Source: Azolla caroliniana (taxonomy: Eukaryota > Plantae > Polypodiophyta). Taken from it: a DNA stretch of 64,000 nucleotides. The position numbers were made by a program, and so were the translations under genes. The stretch spans positions 13,764,001 to 13,828,000 of the forward strand of contig JBHGNT010000001.1 of NCBI GenBank assembly GCA_043228905.1, written 5' to 3'. Under the pieces are notes generated by a model that was not told the origin of the DNA, made no database searches, and saw only the letters and a program-made list of their open reading frames with translations. Positions 25,192 to 36,832 of this stretch are shown here, one piece after another; position 1 is the stretch's first letter, and the number at the start of each line of letters is the position of its first letter.

Positions 25192-25578
25192 GGGACCACA
25201 GGGGTCTTGAACCAAGGAGCTGGTGAAGGGAGAAAAGTGTGGGAGCATATAGGAACTATTCGGCCAGTTGCCCGCTTCCGGATAGAAGAGTGCACGACAC
25301 ATGACACGTAACCGATCTAGGCCTATTGCCGGATCCGGCTCGATGAGCACATGGACTCGCCGGATCAGACACACACACACACATACACACACCGATGTTG
25401 GGAGGAAGCAATACCTCTCGGTGACAGTGGATGAGGCCTGTATCGGGAAACAACACTCGAAAAGAGCAAAAAACACAGAAGAGGACTAGGATACAACAAA
25501 ACAATGATGATTAACATAGGAAAACAGAGAGAGTAAATACAACCAGTCTCGACACACACACACACTCACACACACACT

Positions 25579-25609
<31 letters not shown>

Positions 25610-25870
25610 CGATGAGCCTCTGGCTGAGAGCACATGGGCCTCCTATGTGATCAAAGGCCTCCCCTTCCTTCCGAATTAGTACATGTAGAAACTGGGAGAA
25701 CGACAAAGCTCTGGATCTCAAACCGACATCACTTCTCCCTCCAAAACGATGGATCCCGACAATAGTTCAAAACCTCCCCTTTTATAGCACAAGGGGAGGC
25801 TATTACATCACACATAAAGACAACCATTTCTTGTCAGAGATTTCCCTCAAGTCTCTCACATCATATCCTA
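25192..25870 (-). mobile_element. Gypsy LTR fragment, probably continuous with 37820-37876 and 61254-61378
   Basis: Minus-strand GCCTCCCC..GCTATAAAAG and downstream sequence resemble LTR 50281-50965; (CA)n at 25553-25606. Confidence 0.6.
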
Positions 25871-28692
25871 AGGTAAGTAATTAAGAAAGGGTTAATTAGT
25901 ACCTAATTATGTGATTAAGTTAAGCGGAAGATTAAGTGATATGTGTGTGAGAGGAAGAGAGAGAGAGAGAGATATTGATGAGCAACACAAGATGGGGGAT
26001 GACGAAGGATATTAAATTAGCATTATCATCATCATCATCATCATCAAATACAAAAATACCCACAATGAGGTATATATAGATCTCATGTGCAAGGGTGCAC
26101 ATGTGTGAGGATAATATAGGTACAAAAGTGTAAGTCCTATATTAATTGTACTTAGGAGTCGAGGATCTAGAATATCCCACTTAAGTACAAGGTCCTATTT
26201 AAGGCGTTATAGCCAACACTTCTAACTAGATTCTATCTAGGTAACTACGAAGTTACATGGTTGACTAACTAACTAAACTAAGTTTAGCCTGATCTCTTAA
26301 CACACCCCCTCAAGCTCAAGTGTGAGGTGTCCGACATCTGCTTTGGCTTTCATCGGCTTCGTGCGCTTCCGTCCGGCCTTCGGCTTTCTTCGCCGTGGCA
26401 ATCTCGGTTCCTCCCCCTCAAGCCGGTGATGAAGGCTTGTAGTGTGTGGGCAAAGGTCAACTACTTCCACCCATCGTGGGTTACGAGCCACTTCTGTAGA
26501 GTTCTCGGGCTTCATCGCGAAGGCGTAATGATGGGCCATATACTCATTGTAGCCAAGCTGAGTGATGGGATTCTTCTCTCTAGAAGAGCGTCGAAGTTTT
26601 TCGCTCGCCGATGTGAGCGCCTTCTTTACTCCGGGTGTCCGCATGATGGATACACCGAACTCATTGTCTAGTGAGGGAGCCGACACATCCGAATCATTGT
26701 CGTCGAGGTGGTCGACTTCGTATTCGGGCATCTTACCTTTGCCTTTGTCCAAGTTCTTGGGTCGCGTGGGGGCTCTTGTGGCCCACTAGACATTGCCGTA
26801 GTTGGAATTTCTTCGAACATGTGTTCGAAGCGATCTCCATGTTCTACCTCTTGTTCCATGAATTCTGGCTTGAGCAGAGTCGGAGTCGAAGTTGTCTCTG
26901 GTGCGTACCAGGATGCGGACTCGTCAAAGACTACGTCTGGACTTACCCAAACTGCTCGGGTAGAAGGGTTGTAGCACTTTTATGCCTTCTTCTCAGACGA
27001 GTATCCTATGAGGATACATTCCTCTGACTTCGTGTTGGGCTTCTGTCATTGTTCGTTCGGGATGTGTACATTTGCAATGCTTCCAAACACCTTGAGGTAC
27101 GACAGGATCGGCTTCATTCCGACGAGGAGCTCGTATGGAGTTAGTTCATGCACTCCATTCGTGGTGCATTGATTCATGAGATGGACGATTGTGGATGCCG
27201 TTTCGGCCCAATAGAAGTTAACCATGTGCTTCTCATGCATCATGGCGCATGCTACCTCAAGTATTTGCCAATTCTTCCTTTCGGCGACTCCATTTTGTTG
27301 GGGCATGTGTCGGCATGAGAATTCTCTCCGAATGCCTTCACTTTGGAGGTAGGAGGTGAACTCATCGGAGAAGTATTCCTTGCCTCCATCCGATCTTAGG
27401 CATCGAATGTGCCGACCGGTTCCTTTTTCGACTTGATGCTTGAGCTTTTGGAAGTGGGAGAGCACTTCGCTTTTCTTCTTCATCAGCTAGATCCATGTGT
27501 AGCGGGAGTAGTCGTCGATGAAGGTTACATAGTATCGGGATCCGCCGGTCGGCGTTTGAGCCGGTCCCCATACATTCGAGTGTATGACATCGAGGAGGCC
27601 TTTCCTTGTGTGGCTCTCCCTTTGTTGAGTTGACATGCTTTGCATACTCGGTTGACTTGTTTTGACTTGAATGTCGGAAGTCCGATGACAACTCCCTTTG
27701 TTTGCATCGCTTAGAGCTGTTGGAGGTTGATGTGGCCGATTCTCTTGTGCCACCACTCGATGCTTGTCTCGGTTTTGAGACCTTTGGCATACATGGCTGA
27801 TTTCACCTCGTTCGAATCGAGGATGAACATGGGACCATCTCTCCGTCCCTTGGCTATGAGTCGGCCATCTTTCTCGATGAAGCATCCTTCTTTGTTAAAG
27901 AGAACTTCCATTCCTTGCTCCACGATTTGGCCTACCGACACCAAATTCTTCATTATCAAGGGCACATGCAAGAAATTCTTGATGCAATTGTTCTTGCCAT
28001 CGTTGTCGAATGGAACGTTGCCGATGTGCCGCTTGCTCCCATGTTGCGTAGTCAGCATTCTTTGAGTCGGGTCGATTTTCTTGAGCGCCGTTGATGTAGC
28101 TCCAATACCCTTGGCCGACGAGGTATTGGGTCATCTTGTACTCCCAACATGAATAATTGCTCTGGTCTAGCTTTTCGCTAGGGACCGAGCTACCCATTTG
28201 TGTGTTCATGTTGATTAGTGTCTTCTCTTTTTCCTTTTCTTCCTTTGATCATGTATACGTGCTACGTAGCGGCACTACGGTAGCCGATAGTGTTGTCCGC
28301 CGAAATAGTAACCGACGGCCAACGGTTCACGCGGGAAGCGTGAACGGCTAATTAGACCCTGCATATATAAAGGGCAGAAAACCTCTTAAGGAGGTGCGTG
28401 TAATTTTTGGGAAATGTAAAAGAACGCCTGATAATAAAATACTATCTTCTCTGAGTTTCTGTGTATAGCTGCGACTAATTCAGTGTTTGTGTCTCGGATA
28501 CGTAAGCGTAGTAGTACGTAAGTGCAACCTGTGATAAGGAGTCGGTTGTAGCCGTCTCCCCGTACACACGGAGGAATCACAGAGGTTCTCTCCTTACGCA
28601 ATACGCTTAAGCTCTGTTCGTTGTTCCACATTCACCTTAGGGTCTAGGTCGAAGGACTGACCACGGATCGTGTTCCTAAGAGGCAACATTTT

Positions 28693-28706
28693 TGGCACGC
28701 TTGGTG
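28693..28706 (+). other. PBS, probably tRNA-Arg type
   Basis: TGGCACGCTTGGTG, 4 nt after the 5' LTR; tRNA identity from memory of TGGCACGCC-type plant PBSs and unverified. Confidence 0.7.
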
Positions 28707-28738
28707 ATCTATGTTTCCTCACAAACGAGCAACAACGA

Positions 28739-29984
28739 ATGGATGTTTAGCCGCAGAAGACCCAGAGAACCAACAAGACAAGACCGGCCAATAACAAGGT
28801 CCGTCACACGCCAGGCAGAAGAACGCGCCCGGCAAAAGCCGCGCATCGGCGACCTTAGTAATACCTGCCAAGAGTGCAAAGGGGATTCCTTGCTCCCCAA
28901 ATACCTCGACGAGGCGAGGGGACCACGCTTACCGCAACCATCCGGTGACCTTTTCCGATCTGTCGTAGCTCCCATGATGGCCTTTGCCTACCCCCGCTTT
29001 AACGGCGAAACCGACGCTGCAACTCATATTCGCATGTTCTTGAACGTTTGGAATGCGAGCCACATGGCGCAAAACCTTTTCGAGACGGTGGCACACCAGT
29101 CAAAAATGACGGAGTTCGGATTAACATTAGATGGGCGTGCGGCGTTTTGGCATTCACAGATGGATTTACCAGCCATAACAACCTTCGATCAACTGCAGTC
29201 CGCCTTCTTGCGTTTCTTCCACCGGAGGGTTCCACAACGCGAGATTCTCGGGCAGTTTTATACAATTAAGCAACTACCGACCGAGATGATAGCAGACTTC
29301 AGCTTACGGTTCCAAAATTTACAACGGAAACTGGATCGAAGCCCCGCGGAGGAGGAGGCTCGGTAGACATTTCTGGCAGCGTTACGCCGGCCCATCCAGA
29401 CAACGCTCAACAGCAATAGCGTGAAAGGGGAAACGACGGATATGGTGATTGAAGGAGCATTACAGCTCGAGTTGGATGACGAGGAGGAGAGGTTTTCGAT
29501 GTCATCCTTACGACAAGCGTTACCTCAGGATGAGGAACGCCAATTTCGTCAGGCAATCCAGTACACGATTTGCTTGAACTCGGGGCATTCCACGGTGGAG
29601 TGCAATATGCGAATCCACTGCCCAATCTGCCACTCGAAGGTTCACACAGTCGACCAATGCGAGTACAATATGTTAAACAGAGCCACGCCCGCGGTCTGCA
29701 GCATGGACACACAGCGGCAACCGCACCGGGCGGAACAAAGGAGGCAAGAAGACCGACCCCGGTATAAGGATTGCAACCCGCGGGAGGACAGGTACAACCG
29801 GAATCGCTGGAATCACAATGAGTCCGAGGAGGAGGACCCGAAGGACGAGGATTATCGTGGACATCCGAGTTACGGCAAAGGGGGTCGGCGATACGAACAT
29901 CAACGCCCGACAAACAAACGGGGCAGCTTCAATGGCTATCGGGGTAAGCCTCGACAATATGGCAGGAGTCCGCGAACGCAATGA
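28739..29984 (+). pseudogene. gag: Gag with two zinc knuckles and one in-frame stop
   Basis: TLDGRAAFW, FDQLQSAFLRFF, ICLNSGHSTVEC and CPICHSKVHTVDQC. Confidence 0.88.
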
Positions 29985-30028
29985 AGTGAATAGAGAATGA
30001 AAAACCGGAGCCGGACCCCATTTGGCAG

Positions 30029-33000
30029 GTGTTAGCGGGCTGTGAAATCACGCTAACTATGGAAAAACTGCTACAGCTAGTTCCACGTTTCCGCCAGACC
30101 ATGGAAGCACAGGTGGCGGGCATGACCGGGGCGAGCGTTGCCACAAACCTGACTGACGTTAGCGAGGGACCACCAGTGGTGGATCAGCACAACCCGGCCA
30201 TTACAGTAATATTGCACGGACAGGAAGTTCCTGGATCTGTAATCGATGGCGGCTCAGGCGTCAATGTGATTAGCGCGAAAACTTGCGAACAATTGGGCAT
30301 TTCTGAATGGGAGGCGTGTCCATTCTGGCTTCGCATGGCAAATACCCGATCAGTGCGACCATTGGGGCTAATTCGCAAAATAGGCATCATCGTGGGCAGA
30401 CACCGCTTCGACATATCGGCAGTTGTCCTCACTTTGGACTCCCCAGGAGCGTACCCAGTGCTTCTGGGCAGACCATGGCTTCGGACAGCAAATATCAAGT
30501 AGAGCTGGTAACACGAGTGTATCAGTTTCCGGCATGGACGCATCAAGGTTTGTGTATCTACAGAAGGCAACATGCCACAACCTAAGGGGATAACACCGTT
30601 GTATGCAGAAGACATCAATATGATGGCTGGGGTGGAGGATGCCGAATTGGAAGCGTACCTTGACGAACATCCTCGGATTATTCTGCTGTTCGAGATAGAT
30701 GTCATCGCAATTGCGGCAGAATATACTACGACCATTGTTCCAAGCGAAGAGCTGTATGAACCAAACCAAGAGTCCATATTGGAACTTTGGAACTCAGCAA
30801 AGCACGGGCGGCCTTCGAAAGGGAAATGAAGATGTCACGACGAGTCACCGCTTCCGCTCTCGACGAAGTGAATGTGGGTACGAGATCGGAACCCCGGTTC
30901 CTCTCCATACCAAAGGAATTGAGGCCGGACCAGAGAACCACAATGATCGCACTATTCGCGTGGGCTCACGAGGACATGAAGGGGTTAGATCCCAAGTTCT
31001 ATCAGCATAAGATCAATCTAGCAACGGACGCGAAACCTGTTCATCAGCGTCGCTACCGCATGAACCCCAATTACGCGACCCGCGTGAAAGAAGAAATTGA
31101 CAAGCTGCTGAGGGCGGGGTTCATACGGCCAGTGAAACAAGCGACATGGCTTAGCCCGATAGTGGTTGTCCCAAAGAAAAACGGCAAAATACGGGTATGC
31201 GTGGATTACCCGAAATTAAACGTCGTAACCATTACGGACGCATTTCCCTTACCCTTCACCGATAGCGTGCTGGACGCCGTCGCAGGCCATGAGATGTACA
31301 GTTTCTTAGATGGCTTCAGTGGCTATAACTAAGTACGCATGCACCCCCAGGACCAGGAGAAGACGACATTTGTCACGGACTGGGAGTATATGTGGCGGTC
31401 GTCATGATGTTCGGGCTAAAGACAGCGCCAACAACATTCCAACGAAGGATTACGGAGATCTTTGGGGAATACATTCCGGCGTTCATGCAAGTCTTTTTAG
31501 ACGTTTTTGCAGTATATGGGTGAACAAAAGACCATTTCTCGCACTTACGTCTGTGCCTCGAACGTTGCCGCACCGCACGCTTAAGCCTGAATCCCGCGAA
31601 ATGTGCCTTCGGCGTGACCAGCGGGACTCTCCTAGGCCACATCGTCAGCAAGGAAGGAATAGTGGTCGACCCAAACAAGATCTCCGATATTACGCAAGCT
31701 AAAACTCCGACAAATGCCAAATCACTTAGCCGGTTTCTGGGCCAAATACGGTGGCATAGTCGGATGATACGATATTTGGCGGACTTCGCCACGCCACTAC
31801 ACACTGCCGTACATCGGACTCCTTTCCAATGGACTGCAACAAAGGATAAGGCCTATGAGGTACTTAAGATAATGCTCCCACAGGCCCCCGTCGTACAACC
31901 TCCAGTTTGGGTGAAGCCATTCCCCGTGTTCGTCGACGCCTCGGACATAGCAATAGGAAGCGCGCTAATGCAACTCACCGAACCAAACTGGTACAGGCCA
32001 GTATACTACACAAGTCGTAAATTGACAACAGTACAGTGTAACTATTCCACAACAGAGCGAGAGGCGCTAGGGATGATCTATAGAATCAATAAATTCCGAC
32101 ATTATTTACTAGGACGGAAATTCACGTTCCACGTGGATCATTCGACATTATTGTATTTGGTGGAGAAACAAGCCCTGACAGGGAAATTGGCGCGGTGGAT
32201 GCTGCTACTCCAGGAATTCGAGTTCGTAATTCAGCACCAGCCAGGGATGCAACACGCAGTGGCAAATTTTTTGAGCAGACTTGAGAATGGAGAAACTGTA
32301 CAGAAAGACGATGACAATTTTCCGGACGCCGACATCTGGCGAGTAGCCACATTTGCAGAAAAAACGGAATCCACCTTTCCGGATCGATGGCTTATGGAAA
32401 TGACGTACTTTTTAACTACAGGACTACCTCCACCACAATTACGCACAGACGAGAAGAAACGACTAGCCGTCCGAAGCCGTCACTTCTGCCTGATCGAAGG
32501 GAGTTTATATCACAAAGGGAGTGACGGCATTTGGCGATGTGGAGTCCGTCAGGACGAAAAAGAAGCAGTTTTACAGGAGGCACACTGCGGCACGGCCGAC
32601 GGCCATTACGCAGGCAACGTGACAGCCCGCAAAGTATGGCAGGCGGGCTTATGGTGGCCAACAACGCAGAAGGACGCATCCGAGTATTGTAGAAAGTGTG
32701 ATTTGTGCCAGCGGATGGGTCAGCCCGCGGAGGACGCAAGGATGCTACACCAGCCCGTATTACCGTTGGACCCCTTCCAAAAGTGGGATTGGATTTTGTG
32801 GGGCCCTTCACAGCAGTAGCAGCCTATACGGGCAACAAATACATATTGGTAGCCACGGATTACTGTACCAAATGGGTAGAAGCAAAGGCACTACGGGAAA
32901 ATACAACGGCCGTCACAACCAAATTTCTGTACGAGCACATCTGGTGCCGGTTCGGCTACCCGATTGAGCTCATCAGTGACCAAGGGAGCCACTTTCTCAA

Positions 33001-33697
33001 TACGATGGTTCGGGAACTAACACAACATTACGCAGTAGTCCACAAGAAGAGCAAGCCATACTACCCGCAGGCGAATGGATTAGCGGAATTCACGAACAAA
33101 ACTTTACAGACCATTTTGAAGAAAACCGTCAATGAAAATAGAACGAACTGGGATACCAAACTCTAGAGTGCGTTATGAGCGTACAGAACTAGTTACAAAA
33201 CAAGCATACAGTCAACACCGTTTCGGCTAGCATTTGGACTAGAAGCGGTGATGCCGGTCGAATTTCGGGTACCTAGTTTGCGCATTCAGGTACGGAACCG
33301 ATTATCAAAAGCCAAGTCAGAGGAGGAACAGCTCTACCAACTCCTTGAACTAGGGGAAAAACGCGTCCACAGCATGGTTGTGTTGGAAGAGGAACAACGA
33401 CGGCGTAAAGCGTTTGTCGATCGACATCGGAGCGCAAGGGAAAAGGAGTTCGCCGTGGGCCGAGCGGTGCTAGTGTTTCAAACGCACATGGGCCATATGT
33501 CAGGGAAGTTACGTTTCCGTTGGACCGGCCCATACTGGATAATTGGAGCAGAACAGGGCACGTTCCAACTAGGAACGCTGGCTGGAGAAATAGTACGGCA
33601 AAAAGTGAATGGGTTTCGGGTCAAACCTTACTTGGGCCCTACGCCACCTCACCCATTCACCGCCGAATGGGACAAAGCCGGAGAACCAGTAGCGTAA
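30029..33697 (+). pseudogene. pol: Gypsy pol (PR, RT, RNase H, IN), disrupted
   Basis: IDGGSGVN; RVCVDY..FLDGFSGYN; FVDASD..TEREAL; [18 protein letters not shown]; WTGPY. Confidence 0.95.
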
Positions 33698-33850
33698 AAG
33701 GGACAGTCCCATTTGTACTGTAATGTAAAAATAGGGTGTAACTAACTATTACGAAAAAAGAAAAAAGAAAAAAGAAAAGGAGAAGATAGCGACTATTAAA
33801 ACGACTAAAGGCATGCACAAACTCCGAGTTCAAGAACACGCGGCACCACG

Positions 33851-36787
33851 ATGGCTCACCGCCCAATGAACCCTAAGCCACAAAAAGAAGGAAACAGAAG
33901 ATTTTCTGCACAAAGCAGAAACACATCGTCTAGCTATCAGCACTCCCATCGCTCCTCCTCACCTTCTTCCCCATCATATCTCAGAGCTCCAACTCACCAC
34001 TGCTACCCGTCGCCTCTCCACGAACCTACTCTGATCTTCATCTCTACTGCCCTATGCCGATGGCTCGTGGAGAAGCGCCTGGATGGTTACATTCGGATCG
34101 CAAAAACACCTCCGCACCCGGACGCCATGGACATCGCCAGGCGGCTTAACATTGACACGGTCACCAACTCTTCCATTCGGAAGAAGTTAGACCTATCCTC
34201 ACTAGGCGAAAGACATTTCGAAATACCTCCTACAGAGGCGCTGCAGTGGTATTTTGGCCCAAATTCATCCTCCGTCAAGGCCTATAGAACAAAACAGATT
34301 CCGGATCCCTTCTTCCGTGAAGTTGCCAAGTTCCTACTAGAAGTCGGCTGCGTCCATGTCAACGCTTATGGGATGCCTAAACAGAAGGCGGGCATCCTTA
34401 TCGACACCTTTGAAGGGCATACAGTCGACTGGGGGGTCATCATAGGGCCGGTGTTAAGGGAAGGCTTGCATGCGTACCAAGTAGGCAAAAAGCTCAGGCC
34501 AATCATCCAACAATACCTTATGGTATTGTTTCCACCCCGAGGCCTACCAGCACCACAGCCCGGCGAACCAACAACCCCGCCCCGCTCCGCGAAACGCAGG
34601 TTAGCGGAGTTAGCGGCCCCAGAGTGGGAGGAGGAACCCCAACCGGCCCAACCAAGCCCAAGGACAACACCTCCTACCGACCAACCGGACACACGGGTGA
34701 CGTAGGAGGAACAACCAAGACACCCCATGGAAGCAGCCCCAAAACCAAACACCGAAGCATGGCGGGAAAGCCCTAGACCAAAACGGCGCAGATTGGACAG
34801 AAAAGATGGGCGGGGGTTGGTAAAAAACGCCCCCACGGATCCGGAGGCACCGACCGCAGGCGAAGGCCCCACAACAACAGAGCCGAATACCACCTTCGAA
34901 ATCATCCGGGAGCCGCGGCCGATTATTACGACTCAATCCCAACGAGGGAAAGCCGTATTGACGGCGGAAAGCGAGGTTTTGGCATATCCGGATATTTCGG
35001 ATACGGCCCACGAATTCAGCGCCCTCTTGCAGTTCGGTACCTCTTTCGAGCTCATGGAGTTCCTGGCAACACAACAGGTCAAAGCCGCCCAACAAATGGC
35101 CGAGGAGCAAGCGGAACGTCAGATGATAGAGCGCGCCCTAACGCAAACAACGGAGAGCGACGATGAGGATCGGCTAGCCAGGGTCGGCAGACAAAGGAAC
35201 GTCGGGGTACGGCGAGTAGGGATGGAGATACCACCCTTAAACACGGCCCTAGTCGAAGTCCATTGGGAACTGGCAAAGGTCAGCACGGGCGCCAAGGAGA
35301 TAGCCATAAAAAATAAGAATGTTTGGAAGAAGGTGAAACTGATGGAAGCCGAACTACAAAAGGCCAACACACGCATCGCAGAGTTGGAAGCTCACACGAC
35401 TACTACGCAACACGAAACCCCGCCACTGAACCACGTTATCAACGCTCTCAAAGAAGAAATCGAGGCTCAGACCACCATCGCCTCAAAATCAAAAAGGGTC
35501 GTGCAGCTAACGGAATCCGAAATTGACCGTCTTCGAGTAGAACTACGCCAATCCTCCGACAAAGAAAAGGAGATACGGGCTAACAGACGAAAGGCCGTAA
35601 AAACGCTTGAAGAGAAACTAGCTACGGAGGTTGCCCAGCACATCCGGACAAACGACGACAACGCTCAATTATGAGAGGACACGAAGAAATCAGAGGCGGC
35701 AATAGCGAGACTTCGGGCCTTATTAGAAAAAAAGATGGTATGGTTCAATGAGCAATTGGTAGTCAAACAAGACAGAAGGCATCAACTCGAAATCCGCCTA
35801 AACAATGAAATGGGGAAATTAGAAGAACAGCATGAAAAGGAATCCCAACTGTGGGCGGGCCTGAAAGTCACGTACGAGGAAGCGGCAACCGTTAAACAAC
35901 AGGAAATTGTGAATCTCCAGAAGTCAATGGAAGACACACGCAACCACTGCCAGGCTATCACGGATAACATGTGCATCCTTCTCCAGACCAACCGGGAAAT
36001 GTTCACAGTGCAATTAAAAACGGCGTTGGACAAAGGATGGATGGCGTGGGCAACCCAAGCAGCGGAATTGCACGCGTATCGTGCGGACTGGGAGAACCGG
36101 CGGAAAGACGGTCGAGGGTTTTATAAGCTAAACGAGGAGAGCATTGCGACCGTACGGGAGGACCTAGCGCAAGACTATCACGTGTTAGCAGACCAACACT
36201 CCGAAGAACTCGCACAACTCCTAGATGATTTTGGTGAAAGTCAGGAGGAGCTATTTCACCAGATCACACAAACCGGCAACACGCACACGAACGAGGAACC
36301 CAACGGGACACTAATTTTGGTCACAGCCGAAGAAGAGGAACCTCAGGCCCGATCACCAGGGAGGACAACGGGGGAGAATAGCGGGGACGAACGAGCGGAG
36401 TTCCCCACAGGACCCGACAGCGAAACCATTAACCAACAAGAGGTCCAGCCCACACCATCTTCAGAAAACGCGGAAAATAGTGCGGACCAGGCGGAATCCT
36501 CGCCCCACACCCAGGGACACACAAAAACGGCCAACACCGCGGAGGACGTAACAATAGAAGCTGAGATGCAGCTGACTGCAAGCACGCTATCAGCGGAGCC
36601 CAGCCTACTAACTCAAGAAGAACCCACCGTACCCGGACCACCCGCACACGGTGAAGGCGACTCCGGGAGAAACCAGGCCGACCAAGCAGAGGAGCCGCAC
36701 CACGATGCACCTACGGGCCCTATATCAACTCCAGACGAGGACACCACAACAAAGCCGAACATCCGGGCCATTTTGGAAGAAGATTAA
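33851..36787 (+). pseudogene. Extra ORF (~979 codons, two in-frame stops): globular N-domain, Pro-rich linker, coiled coil, acidic tail
   Basis: ORFs 33851, 34727 and 35735 share one reading frame and are separated only by TAG (34703-34705) and TGA (35672-35674). Confidence 0.85.
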
Positions 36788-36815
36788 CGGGATGGGTCCG
36801 ACGTGCAAAGGAACT

Positions 36816-36832
36816 GTCCCACAGGCGTGCCA
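36816..36832 (+). other. Anti-PBS / tRNA 3'-end mimic at the PPT position
   Basis: GTCCCACAGGCGTGCCA, then GG, then the LTR TG; its reverse complement matches the element's PBS. Confidence 0.8.

Noticed and set aside
29960-30030. Programmed gag-pol frameshift
   Set aside because: The frames differ, but this copy has other decay frameshifts, so a single copy cannot distinguish the two explanations.
33851-36787. Retroviral-type envelope gene
   Set aside because: No signal peptide or transmembrane helix is visible; it is kept as an extra ORF of unknown function.
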